Assembly: GCA_045863335.1 (NCBI GenBank)
Contig: BTVY01000067.1
Coordinates: forward strand, 1-25,500
DNA from: Candidatus Hydrogenedentota bacterium
GTDB taxonomy: Bacteria > Hydrogenedentota > Hydrogenedentia > Hydrogenedentales > SLHB01
Length of the DNA stretch: 25,500 nucleotides
Direction: 5' to 3'
Of the stretch, positions 1 to 7,910 are shown piece by piece. Numbering within the stretch: position 1 is the first letter of the stretch; each line of letters begins with the position of its first letter. Made by a program: the position numbers and the translations under genes. The notes below the pieces were generated by a model. That model saw only the letters and a program-made list of their open reading frames with translations. It made no database searches and was not told where the DNA came from.

Positions 1-98
1 GCAACAACGGCTTCGATACACCAAAGGCTATTTACAGAAAGTTCTTGACACGGGCCTATGTGGGAAGGGCCGAATGGCTCCAACGTTGGAATTCCGGA

Positions 99-479
99 AT
101 GGTGCTTGGACTGGAAGCCGCGCTTGGGGTCGCGATCATTGCCGTCCTATCCGGTTTCGGCTATTGGTACGGAAGAAAGAAAGGAGCATTCTTGCTTCTT
201 TCTTTGGGCCTCGTTGTTATGATCGCAACATGGCCGATCTTGTTCGGCCTTTTGGTGCCTGACTATGACTTCTTCCTCGGCGGCATCTTTTCCGATTCCC
301 TTGCCTTAGATTTGATGTGGCCGTTCACTGCGATCGACCCAACAACGGAATTGACTTTCACCGTGCTTCTGGCCTTCGTAGCGGCTTCGACATTGGCCTT
401 GCGAGCACCAGAGCTTGCCGTGGAACCACGAGAGCCCTCCAATCCCTTGTCTTCGGCTCAGGTCCGAGATGCGATTTAG
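99..479 (+). CDS. hypothetical integral membrane protein (about 3 TM segments)
   Basis: Track ORF 45..479 starts at TTG; the in-frame ATG at 99 begins directly with a hydrophobic helix (MVLGLEAALGVAIIAVLSGFGYWY). Further hydrophobic stretches follow (AFLLLSLGLVVMIATWPILFGLLV; TFTVLLAFVAA). No family recognised. Confidence 0.55.
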   Translation: MVLGLEAALGVAIIAVLSGFGYWYGRKKGAFLLLSLGLVVMIATWPILFGLLVPDYDFFLGGIFSDSLALDLMWPFTAIDPTTELTFTVLLAFVAASTLALRAPELAVEPREPSNPLSSAQVRDAI

Positions 480-1110
480 TGGCGCTAATCCTCGCGTCGT
501 TAGCTGGGTGAATCAGCCATGGTTAGACATTTTGCGATTCCTCAAATCGCACTGGCCACACTTCGTGTTGGCGATTCCCGGTGTCATTGCGATCACGGCA
601 TTTCATGAATTGGCGCACTGCATTGGCGTATGGATTCAGAACGGCTCGATTACGTCTTTTACCTGTATCCCGTCCGCGGGAAAATGGGGTGCTGTCGAAT
701 ATGAATTTCCCCCGGGACTAGTCTACAACTCCGAACTGATTGCACTCGCACCGTACATCGCCTCGTGCGCCCTAATCGCCCTCGCGTGGTTCATGTCCAG
801 CCGCTCCCAGCCCTGGCCTTTCGCAGTTGTCTCCACCATCTTTGTATGGCTCTTCATTGTGCCCACGGCCGATATCGCTAACGCGGCCATTCCGTACGTT
901 ATCTGGGATGTGGACAATGACCTCCGCCACGCCTTTGGTTCTGCAGGACTTTTCGAGGTGGCCGCTGCCGTCGCAATGGCCCTTGGGATAGTGTGCGTCG
1001 GCTATGCAATCCAGAAACGCCTGTACCGCGACCTCGCATTGCGCCCGTCGCCCTACGGGATCTTAGCGACAGTGGGCTTTCTCTTGGTCCTCGGAGTGAC
1101 GGCTTGTTGA
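469..1110 (+). CDS. M50-like (site-2 protease clan) intramembrane zinc metallopeptidase
   Basis: HExxH (FHELAH) lies at the end of a TM helix, followed by LIALAPY and a later Asp (DNDLRH) as a candidate third ligand. Multiple TM helices. ATG 469 is preferred over the track start at 415 and overlaps the end of the upstream gene. Confidence 0.65.
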   Translation: MRFSGANPRVVSWVNQPWLDILRFLKSHWPHFVLAIPGVIAITAFHELAHCIGVWIQNGSITSFTCIPSAGKWGAVEYEFPPGLVYNSELIALAPYIASCALIALAWFMSSRSQPWPFAVVSTIFVWLFIVPTADIANAAIPYVIWDVDNDLRHAFGSAGLFEVAAAVAMALGIVCVGYAIQKRLYRDLALRPSPYGILATVGFLLVLGVTAC

Positions 1111-1207
1111 CCAGCATCGGGTACGGAAATCGTCAGACCCGAGTTGGCGTTGAGCGTCCACAATGGTTAAAGTAGTTGCGAATCGTCGATAAACTCGGAG
1201 TAGTACC

Positions 1208-2656
1208 GTGACAAAACCAACGCTTCACATCCCCATCGCACTCATGGTCGGTATCCTGTCGATTGGATTGACGGGTCTTGCGTATGCCGATGAACTCTTC
1301 GTCGGCGCGGCTTCCGTAACCATCACACCGGAAAAACCTGTAGCCCTATCCGGACAGATGCGCACGCGTATCGCCCGCGACGTGCAAAGTCCCGTCACGG
1401 CAACGGCGCTCGCGCTGGAAACCCGAAACGAGCAAGGCGTCGCCGAACAGGCCGTCTTTGTATCCTGCGATCTCGTCGCCATTCGAGAAGGGATTGCCGA
1501 ACAGGTCCGTGCCGCCGTGGCGGAGCGGGTGCAAGATCTCGACGCGAGCAAGGTGATCCTCAGCGCCACCCATACCCATACCGCACCGGTCATGAAGCCA
1601 GGCCGCTACACCATCACGGACGAAGACGTAATTCTGCCCGAGGATTACGTCGTCTTTCTCGTGGATCAGCTCGCAGACGTGGTTGCCGACGCGTGGAACG
1701 CGCGCGCGCCCGGCGCGGCGGGGTGGGGCTTGGGCCACGCGGTCGTCGCACAGAACCGCCGGAGCGTTTACGCCGATGGCACGGCGGTGATGTATGGCAA
1801 GACGGACAAGGACGACTTCCGCATGATCGAGGGCTACGAAGATCACGGTGTCGAGGTCTTGTTCTTTTGGGACGCCGAGGCAAACCTCATCGCAACCGCC
1901 GTAAATATCGCCTGCCCCGCGCAGGAAGTCGAAGGGCTTTCCGCAGTCAACGCCGACTTCTGGCATGAAGTCCGCCAGGAACTCCGCAAACGCCATGGAG
2001 ACAACCTGCACGTCTTGGGGTGGATCGGCGCCGCGGGCGACCAGTCGCCGCATCTCATGTTCCGCAAAGAAGCCGAGGAGCGCATGCGCGAGTTGCGCGG
2101 CCTGACGCGCCTGGAGGAACTCGCGCGCCGCATTGTGCGCGCGTGGGAGGAAGCCTACGACGGCGCCCGCAAGGATATTCGTGATAACGTTTCGATGACG
2201 CACCGCATCGAAACGATCGAGTTGCCCCTCCGGCAGATTACGGAAGCCGAACGCAACAACGCGCGCGCGCAGGTCGAGGAGTTGTCCGCAGATCCGGCGA
2301 ATATCTGGAAGGTCAATTGGCATCAAAGCGTGGTTGACCGTTACGAGCAACAGCAAGCCGGTACCGCGCAACCGTACACCATGGATTTGCACGTCCTGCG
2401 ACTGGGCGACGTTGCCATCGCGACGAACGACTTCGAACTTTTCACCGACTTCGGCATCCAGATGAAGACGCGGAGCCGCGCTCTGCAGACCTTTGTGATC
2501 CAACTCGCTGGTCCGGGCTCCTACGTACCCTCCGCCCGCGCTGTGAAGGGTGGGGGATACAGCGCCATCCCGGAAAGCAACGACGTCGGCCCCGAAGGCG
2601 GCCAAGTGTTGACCGACAAAACCGTCGCGCTGATCAACTCGCTCTGGCCGGAGTAG
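1208..2656 (+). CDS. secreted neutral/alkaline ceramidase-like amidohydrolase (substrate unknown)
   Basis: Signal peptide ending AYA-D, then VGAASVTITP, VFVSCDL, ILSATHTHTAP, GAAGDQSP, ELFTDFG and SYVPS...GGYS, which match the ceramidase-like family. GGAG at 1197-1200 precedes the GTG start. Confidence 0.75.
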   Translation: MTKPTLHIPIALMVGILSIGLTGLAYADELFVGAASVTITPEKPVALSGQMRTRIARDVQSPVTATALALETRNEQGVAEQAVFVSCDLVAIREGIAEQVRAAVAERVQDLDASKVILSATHTHTAPVMKPGRYTITDEDVILPEDYVVFLVDQLADVVADAWNARAPGAAGWGLGHAVVAQNRRSVYADGTAVMYGKTDKDDFRMIEGYEDHGVEVLFFWDAEANLIATAVNIACPAQEVEGLSAVNADFWHEVRQELRKRHGDNLHVLGWIGAAGDQSPHLMFRKEAEERMRELRGLTRLEELARRIVRAWEEAYDGARKDIRDNVSMTHRIETIELPLRQITEAERNNARAQVEELSADPANIWKVNWHQSVVDRYEQQQAGTAQPYTMDLHVLRLGDVAIATNDFELFTDFGIQMKTRSRALQTFVIQLAGPGSYVPSARAVKGGGYSAIPESNDVGPEGGQVLTDKTVALINSLWPE

Positions 2657-2661
2657 CACCT

Positions 2662-2867
2662 GCGGGGACCCATCTTCCCAAATGCATGAGATTCGGCCAT
2701 CGCCACGCCTGTGCACGCGTCCCACCACGCGCACCACCCAAACCGTCATCCTCGCGAACGCGGGGACCCATCTTCCCGAATGCATGAGAGTGGGCCGCTG
2801 CTCCAACCGTGCACCAGTCACGCCGTGCTTCACCCAAACCGTCATCCCCGCGCAGGCGGGGACCCAT
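2662..2867 (+). repeat. tandem array of CGTC-tagged REP-like palindromes (about 2.5 units, period 98 then 96 bp)
   Basis: GCGGGGACCCAT starts at 2662, 2760 and 2856. CACCCAAACCGTCATCCYCGCG starts at 2735 and 2831. Copy 3 forms the hairpin TCCCCGC-GCAG-GCGGGGA. Confidence 0.8.
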
Positions 2868-2985
2868 ATTGCTTTCCTTTACGGCCCTCACACGTTGGGA
2901 AAATCACCACAACTGAAGTAAGATGCCGTCGGGCCTCGACAGCCCTTGTCTCTTTGGGGGTCACGCACAAGCGGAGAATCACTTC

Positions 2986-5900
2986 ATGCGCACCAGCATC
3001 TTCCTATCCGTGTTTATCTTCATCGCCGTATCGCTCTGCGTCCCATTCGGCGCGTTCGCAGCCGAACCCCGCACCGGCACCACCTTCTACGTCTCCAAAC
3101 TGGGCAGCAATACCGACGGCCTCACCTGGGCCACCGCCTTCAACGAGATCCAAACTGCCCTCGACGCGATCCCTGACACCCAAGGCGGCCACCGGATCAT
3201 CGTCCGGCCGGACACCTACATGGAAGCCAACAACCTTCCCGCCTTTCCTGGCGCTGAGGGTAACTACAACGAACTCGTCGGAGATTTCGACGGTAGTCTC
3301 GGCTCCGGCACCTCCGGCCACGTCATCCTCGACGCGGGCGACGCGCGCCGCGGCTTCAAAAGCTACGATTGGTGGGGCAACATCCGCGCCTACCAGAAAG
3401 GCTGGTCGCCCGAGCACACGGCTGAAACGGTTTCCGCCATCAACTGGGACCGCTGGATCCTCCGCCGCCTGTACGCCACCGGCGGCGACGGGGGGCTCTG
3501 CTTCGACTGCACGGATCGCATCGAACCCTTCACCGTGATCGTCGAGGACTGCGTCAGTATCGGCCGAGCCTTCGGTTGCGGCGCCATGAGTTGCCTCTCG
3601 CGCCCTGACGAGCCCATTACCTTCCGCCGCTGCAATATGTGGTCCCTGGACGAATGGGGCGATACCGCCGCCGGGTACGTCCGCATCGAAAACGAATCCA
3701 TGCCCGACCGTCCCGACATCGTCTTCGAGGACTGCACCATGGTCAGCCCCCAGTGCGCATTGAAAGGCGGTAACTACGGATTCCACACGTATACGCACGC
3801 ACTGGTGAAGAACTGCACCCTCATCGCCCTAAACTTCTCCCAACCCCACGGCACGCCAACCGACGGGATCGTACAAAGCGTCCAGAACGGAAAATACTTT
3901 CACGTCGACTTCGAGAACTGCTTGCTCATGGGATTCAAAGTCTTCGGCGTGAAAGTCGACAAGGAAACCGCGGGCGATATCGGTTATACCACCAAAGGAT
4001 CCGCGCTCGCCTACGTGCAATACACGCAAGAAGTGCCGAAAGGCTTCCACACCGTCGGCCGTTGGCCGGCCGAGGCCTTTTCGATGATCGCGCCGCCGGC
4101 ACCGGTGAAACCGGAGCCCATCCTGAAGAACCGCGAACTGATCCTCGAAGACATGTGCGAAGTCACGCCCTTTATCTGGAACGGTCGCCTCTGCCACATG
4201 GAATGCCACCGCCCCGGCCACGGCGGCACGCGCGAGGACTACTACCTCCTCATCCGCGACGCCGAAACGGGGGAGGAGCTGGCGCGCTTTGCCACGGGCT
4301 ACGGCCTCGCCAACTGCATCGTCGAGGTTGGCGTCTTCTACGCATTTGCGTCCCGGTTCGAGAACGACAACTGGAACGACGTTACCCTCTTCAAATCGAG
4401 TGACCTGAAGAACTGGGAACAGAAGGTCGTTATCGAGCAGGAGAACGAACACCTCTTCAACAGTTCCGTATGCAAAGGCCCGGACGGCTTCGTGATGGCC
4501 TACGAATCGAACGACCCCACGTATCCGGCCTTCACGACCAAGTTCGCGCAATCGCCGGATCTGGAAAACTGGACCAAGCTTCCCGACGCCACCTTCGGCA
4601 CGAACCGCTACACCGCCTGTCCCTGCATTCGCTACGTCAACGGGTATTACTACGTGTTGTACCTTGAGAACCGAAAGCCCGCCCACGTCTACGAAACCTA
4701 CATCACGCGCTCCAGCGATCTGAAGACCTGGGAACTGAGCAGCGCCAATCCGGTCCTCGCGCCGACGGGACTCAACGAGGGCATTAACGCGTCCGATCCC
4801 GATATCATCGAGGTCGACGGCAAGACCTACGTGTACTACGCTGTCGGCGATCAATTGACCTGGATGAACTTCAAACGCGCCGAGTTCGCGGGCACGATGG
4901 AAGCGTTTTATGAACACTGGTACAAACAGCCCGGCATCCGGGATTGGGGCGACATGACCGCCCACCGAGAACGCGAACAGCAGGCCAATGTTGATGCGCA
5001 ACGCGCCCGCCGCACCGCCTGGTTCACGGACGCCCGGTTCGGCATGTTTGTTCACTGGGGTTCCTACGCGGTTCCCGCGCGCAACAACAAAGGCGCCTTG
5101 GCCTCCTTCGTCATGCGCGACGAGGGCATCCCCGTCGCCGAATACGAGCAGTATGCCGACGCGTTCAACCCCACCGACTTCGACGCTAATGAATGGATGG
5201 CTATCGCCAAATCTGCAGGCATGCGCTACCTCATCTTTACCTCAAAGCATCACGAAGGCTTCGCCATGTTCGACAGCGCGCTTGCTGACTACGACGCCGC
5301 CGACCGTGGTCCGGGCCGGGACATCGTGCGAGAGTTGGTCGAAGCGGCCCGCGCCGCCGATATCAAGATCGGTTTCTACTACTCCATGCTCGACTGGCAC
5401 CATCCGGACTACACCTCCAACCTTTCAAAATATGTGGACGAGTATCTCTTCGGACAGGTCCGCGAACTTTGCACCAACTACGGCCCCATCGACTGCATCT
5501 GGTTCGACGGCGAATGGGATCACCCCACAGACGTGTGGCGCTCGGAGGAACTTATCGCCATGATTCGCGAACTCCAACCCGACGCCCTCATCAACGATCG
5601 CGTCGGCAAAGGCGAACGCGGCAAATCGCTCCTCGTGGACTTCTACACCCGCGAACAGCCTTCTGAGATCGACCGCGCCATGGACTTCGAGCGCCGTCGC
5701 ACGATTCCCTGGGAAGCCTGCATGACCATCGGCAACTCGTGGGGATACAAGGAGGGCGACGCGCCGCTCAAAGACAGCGCGGAACTCATCCGCTACCTCG
5801 TGGATGTCGCAAGCCGCGGCGGCAATCTCCTCTTGAACGTGGGGCCCAAGGCCGATGGCACGATCCCCGACGCTTTCGTATCCCGCCTTCGAGACATGGG

Positions 5901-6210
5901 CGCCTGGCTGGAAAAGAACGGTGAATCCATCTACGGCACCCAAGGCTCGCCGTTCCCATCGTTGCCCGCAGGAAAATGCACCTCGAAAGAGAACCGGATA
6001 TACCTGCACTTCGAATCCTTGCCGGATACCCCAGTACAACTTCCCGGATTACAGAATCAGATTCAGAGTGCAACGAACCTCGCTACAGACGAATCCGTCC
6101 CATTCAACAACGACAACAAAACCGTAACGCTACCCGACAACCTCCCCAAAGCGCCCGTAACCACAATTGCCATTACACTCGATGGGGAGCCGAAAGTAGG
6201 ACGGGAGTAA
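2986..6210 (+). CDS. secreted multidomain glycosidase: pectin-lyase-like beta-helix + five-bladed beta-propeller + GH29 alpha-L-fucosidase
   Basis: GGAG upstream of ATG 2986; signal peptide ...FGAFA. The N-terminus FYVSKLGSNTDGLTWATAFNEIQTALD is typical of beta-helix proteins. Propeller-like blades follow (FNSSVCK, TACPCIRYVNGYYYVLY, ASDPDIIEVDGKTYVYY). GH29 motifs: WFTDARFGMFVHWG, TSKHHEGF, IWFDGEW, WEACMT, GGNLLLNVGP. Confidence 0.88.
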   Translation: MRTSIFLSVFIFIAVSLCVPFGAFAAEPRTGTTFYVSKLGSNTDGLTWATAFNEIQTALDAIPDTQGGHRIIVRPDTYMEANNLPAFPGAEGNYNELVGDFDGSLGSGTSGHVILDAGDARRGFKSYDWWGNIRAYQKGWSPEHTAETVSAINWDRWILRRLYATGGDGGLCFDCTDRIEPFTVIVEDCVSIGRAFGCGAMSCLSRPDEPITFRRCNMWSLDEWGDTAAGYVRIENESMPDRPDIVFEDCTMVSPQCALKGGNYGFHTYTHALVKNCTLIALNFSQPHGTPTDGIVQSVQNGKYFHVDFENCLLMGFKVFGVKVDKETAGDIGYTTKGSALAYVQYTQEVPKGFHTVGRWPAEAFSMIAPPAPVKPEPILKNRELILEDMCEVTPFIWNGRLCHMECHRPGHGGTREDYYLLIRDAETGEELARFATGYGLANCIVEVGVFYAFASRFENDNWNDVTLFKSSDLKNWEQKVVIEQENEHLFNSSVCKGPDGFVMAYESNDPTYPAFTTKFAQSPDLENWTKLPDATFGTNRYTACPCIRYVNGYYYVLYLENRKPAHVYETYITRSSDLKTWELSSANPVLAPTGLNEGINASDPDIIEVDGKTYVYYAVGDQLTWMNFKRAEFAGTMEAFYEHWYKQPGIRDWGDMTAHREREQQANVDAQRARRTAWFTDARFGMFVHWGSYAVPARNNKGALASFVMRDEGIPVAEYEQYADAFNPTDFDANEWMAIAKSAGMRYLIFTSKHHEGFAMFDSALADYDAADRGPGRDIVRELVEAARAADIKIGFYYSMLDWHHPDYTSNLSKYVDEYLFGQVRELCTNYGPIDCIWFDGEWDHPTDVWRSEELIAMIRELQPDALINDRVGKGERGKSLLVDFYTREQPSEIDRAMDFERRRTIPWEACMTIGNSWGYKEGDAPLKDSAELIRYLVDVASRGGNLLLNVGPKADGTIPDAFVSRLRDMGAWLEKNGESIYGTQGSPFPSLPAGKCTSKENRIYLHFESLPDTPVQLPGLQNQIQSATNLATDESVPFNNDNKTVTLPDNLPKAPVTTIAITLDGEPKVGRE

Positions 6211-6381
6211 TTCCCGTCCAGTTACTTCTCGATCGCCAAATCTTCGACGACAACCTGCGCTTGGCAAGCGCACCCCGTGTCTATCCGCGCGGATGAAGAC
6301 CTTCGCGCAATTCTTGGGCGCTCGTCCATTTCTGTAGTATACTGACCGCGGCAAAGGCCAGGCACTTGGGGGCAACGCGCT

Positions 6382-7131
6382 ATGGCTCAAGGTGGAGTGG
6401 AGGAGACCGTATCACGCCCGTGGTGCATTTTGTCGGCCCTTAAGACAGAGTCTGCATTCCTTCGGCCCATGAACTTACCCGGAGTAGTCCTCGTGGAGAC
6501 CGGCGTTGGGCCACAAAACGCCGATCGCGCCATCCGCAAAATCGCCGTAGAGAGGCCGATTGGCGGTCTTATTCACATTGGTTTCGCCGGCGCCCTCGCG
6601 CCCTCCCTGCACTTAGGCGACCTCGTCCTCCTCGAATCGGTGGAAAACGCCGAAGGCTCACAATCGATCGCAACAGGATCCGCCAAACGTATCGCCAGCG
6701 CCATTCCCGACGAAAGCCCCTGGCACTTTGGCGTATGCCTCACTTTCGACCACATCATCGCGACTACCGGCGAAAAACATGCGATAGCGAAAGGCCGGCC
6801 CGAAGGCGAAATCACCTGCGTCGATATGGAATCCGCGCCGGTCGCCGCGTTCTGCCAGGAGCAGGGCCTGCCCTACATCGGAATCCGCGCCATCACCGAT
6901 ACCTTGGATGAAGATCTACCGCTCAACCTCAACGAATGCCGCGGCCGCGACGGCAATATCGACACCATGCGCGTTATGTGGGCCGCTGTTCATCATCCCA
7001 GTGCCATATCCGGGCTCGTCGAACTCCGCCGCCGCGCCAAAGATTGCGCCCAGGCCTTGGCTCGCTGTGTTGGGAAGATCGTTCACGAGTTTCCGGCTCC
7101 GAATTCCTGCACCGATCCTGCGCTTGATTGA
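6382..7131 (+). CDS. nucleoside phosphorylase / MTA-SAH nucleosidase-like protein (PNP_UDP_1 fold, HpnG-like)
   Basis: Motifs TGVGPQNA, GFAGAL, VDMESA, IRAITD, with a C-terminal helical extension as seen in hopanoid-associated phosphorylases. Confidence 0.75.
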   Translation: MAQGGVEETVSRPWCILSALKTESAFLRPMNLPGVVLVETGVGPQNADRAIRKIAVERPIGGLIHIGFAGALAPSLHLGDLVLLESVENAEGSQSIATGSAKRIASAIPDESPWHFGVCLTFDHIIATTGEKHAIAKGRPEGEITCVDMESAPVAAFCQEQGLPYIGIRAITDTLDEDLPLNLNECRGRDGNIDTMRVMWAAVHHPSAISGLVELRRRAKDCAQALARCVGKIVHEFPAPNSCTDPALD

Positions 7132-7169
7132 CATGGCACGGATAGAGTCGCGGTGCAGAAAGGGGGGCG

Positions 7170-7220
7170 TTGACGGTTTCGGTCAAATGGTATATATTAA
7201 GATATATACCAAACGGAGGA
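7170..7220 (+). promoter_or_regulatory. sigma-70 promoter of vapBC with overlapping palindromic operator and RBS
   Basis: TTGACG (7170-7175), 17-nt spacer, TATATT (7193-7198). A perfect inverted repeat TGGTATATAT-N4-ATATATACCA (7188-7211) covers the -10 box. SD GGAGGA at 7215-7220. Confidence 0.85.
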
Positions 7221-7227
7221 GCCCGCC

Positions 7228-7458
7228 ATGAACACGGCGAAAATCTTTCGCAATGGACGCAGCCAGGCGGTGCGTCTGCCGAAGGAGTATCAGTTTGCCA
7301 CCGATGAGGTGTACGTGAACAAAGTCGGGGAAGCGGTCATGCTTTTCCCCCCTGACAAGGGCTGGGAGACGCTGGTTCAAAGCCTGGACCGATTCTCGGA
7401 CGATTACATGGCGAATCGGGATCAGCCCGCCGAGTATCGAAAGCGGAAAGCACTGTGA
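7228..7458 (+). CDS. vapB: type II antitoxin VapB (AbrB/SpoVT DNA-binding domain)
   Basis: MNTAKIFRNGRSQAVRLPKEYQF signature; 76 aa; GTGA overlap with the toxin gene. Confidence 0.95.
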   Translation: MNTAKIFRNGRSQAVRLPKEYQFATDEVYVNKVGEAVMLFPPDKGWETLVQSLDRFSDDYMANRDQPAEYRKRKAL

Positions 7459-7856
7459 TCCGGTTTCTACTCGATACAGATATGTGCATCGATATTATTC
7501 GCAAACGAAATCCCGCGGTTCTATCCCGGCTGGAGGCGTCTAAGGTTGGCGAGGTCGGCATTTCGACGATCACGTTTGCCGAACTGACACATGGCGTGGA
7601 GAAAAGCGCAAAACCGGATCAAAACCGGCTTGCGCTGTACGAATTCTGCACTCCGCTGCAGGTCGTCCCTTTCAACGACATGGCTGCTTTGGCGTACGGG
7701 CGAATTCGGGCCCAACTGGAACGGCTGGGAAAACTCATCGGCCCGATGGATCTGCTCATCGCGGCACATGCGCTCGCACTGGATTCGGTGCTCGTAACCG
7801 GTAACTTGCGCGAGTTTCGCCGGATACCTGAGTTGGAATTGGAATCGTGGCTTTAA
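7455..7856 (+). CDS. vapC: type II toxin VapC (PIN-domain ribonuclease)
   Basis: PIN motifs FLLDTDMCI, ISTITFAEL, IGPMDLLIAAHA, LVTGNLREFRRI. Confidence 0.95.
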   Translation: MIRFLLDTDMCIDIIRKRNPAVLSRLEASKVGEVGISTITFAELTHGVEKSAKPDQNRLALYEFCTPLQVVPFNDMAALAYGRIRAQLERLGKLIGPMDLLIAAHALALDSVLVTGNLREFRRIPELELESWL

Positions 7857-7910
7857 CATGGGAATGGGCCTCGTGCATATGACTATCCCTTTCCAAAGAA
7901 AGTCCATTTC

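Noticed and set aside
45-55. TTGACACGGGC also present in reverse at 15776-15786
   Set aside because: An 11-bp match is expected by chance in 25 kb, and neither copy has a good -10 box at the correct spacing.
1139-1198. Inverted repeat CCGAGTT / AACTCGG that could occlude the RBS of the ceramidase-like gene (riboswitch-like)
   Set aside because: Only 7 bp with a long loop, and no recognisable aptamer.
2662-2867. CRISPR array (hairpin resembles type I-E repeats)
   Set aside because: Only about 2.5 units, period 96-98 bp, the linkers are homologous to each other, and no cas genes are in the window. It fits CGTC-type REPs better.
2634-3538. ORFs crossing the repeat region (2634-2891 -, 2682-2921 +, 2711-3538 +)
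   Set aside because: They are translations of the REP repeats or off-frame shadows of the fucosidase gene, with low-complexity Pro/Arg/Ser composition.
1346-5055. Long antisense ORFs (1346-2845, 3004-3798, 3829-5055)
   Set aside because: They mirror well-supported plus-strand genes, which is expected in high-GC codon usage, and show no recognisable motifs.
6360-6374. Sigma-54-like GGCAC upstream of the phosphorylase gene
   Set aside because: Spacing is GG-N9-GC rather than the required N10, and there is no TTGC.
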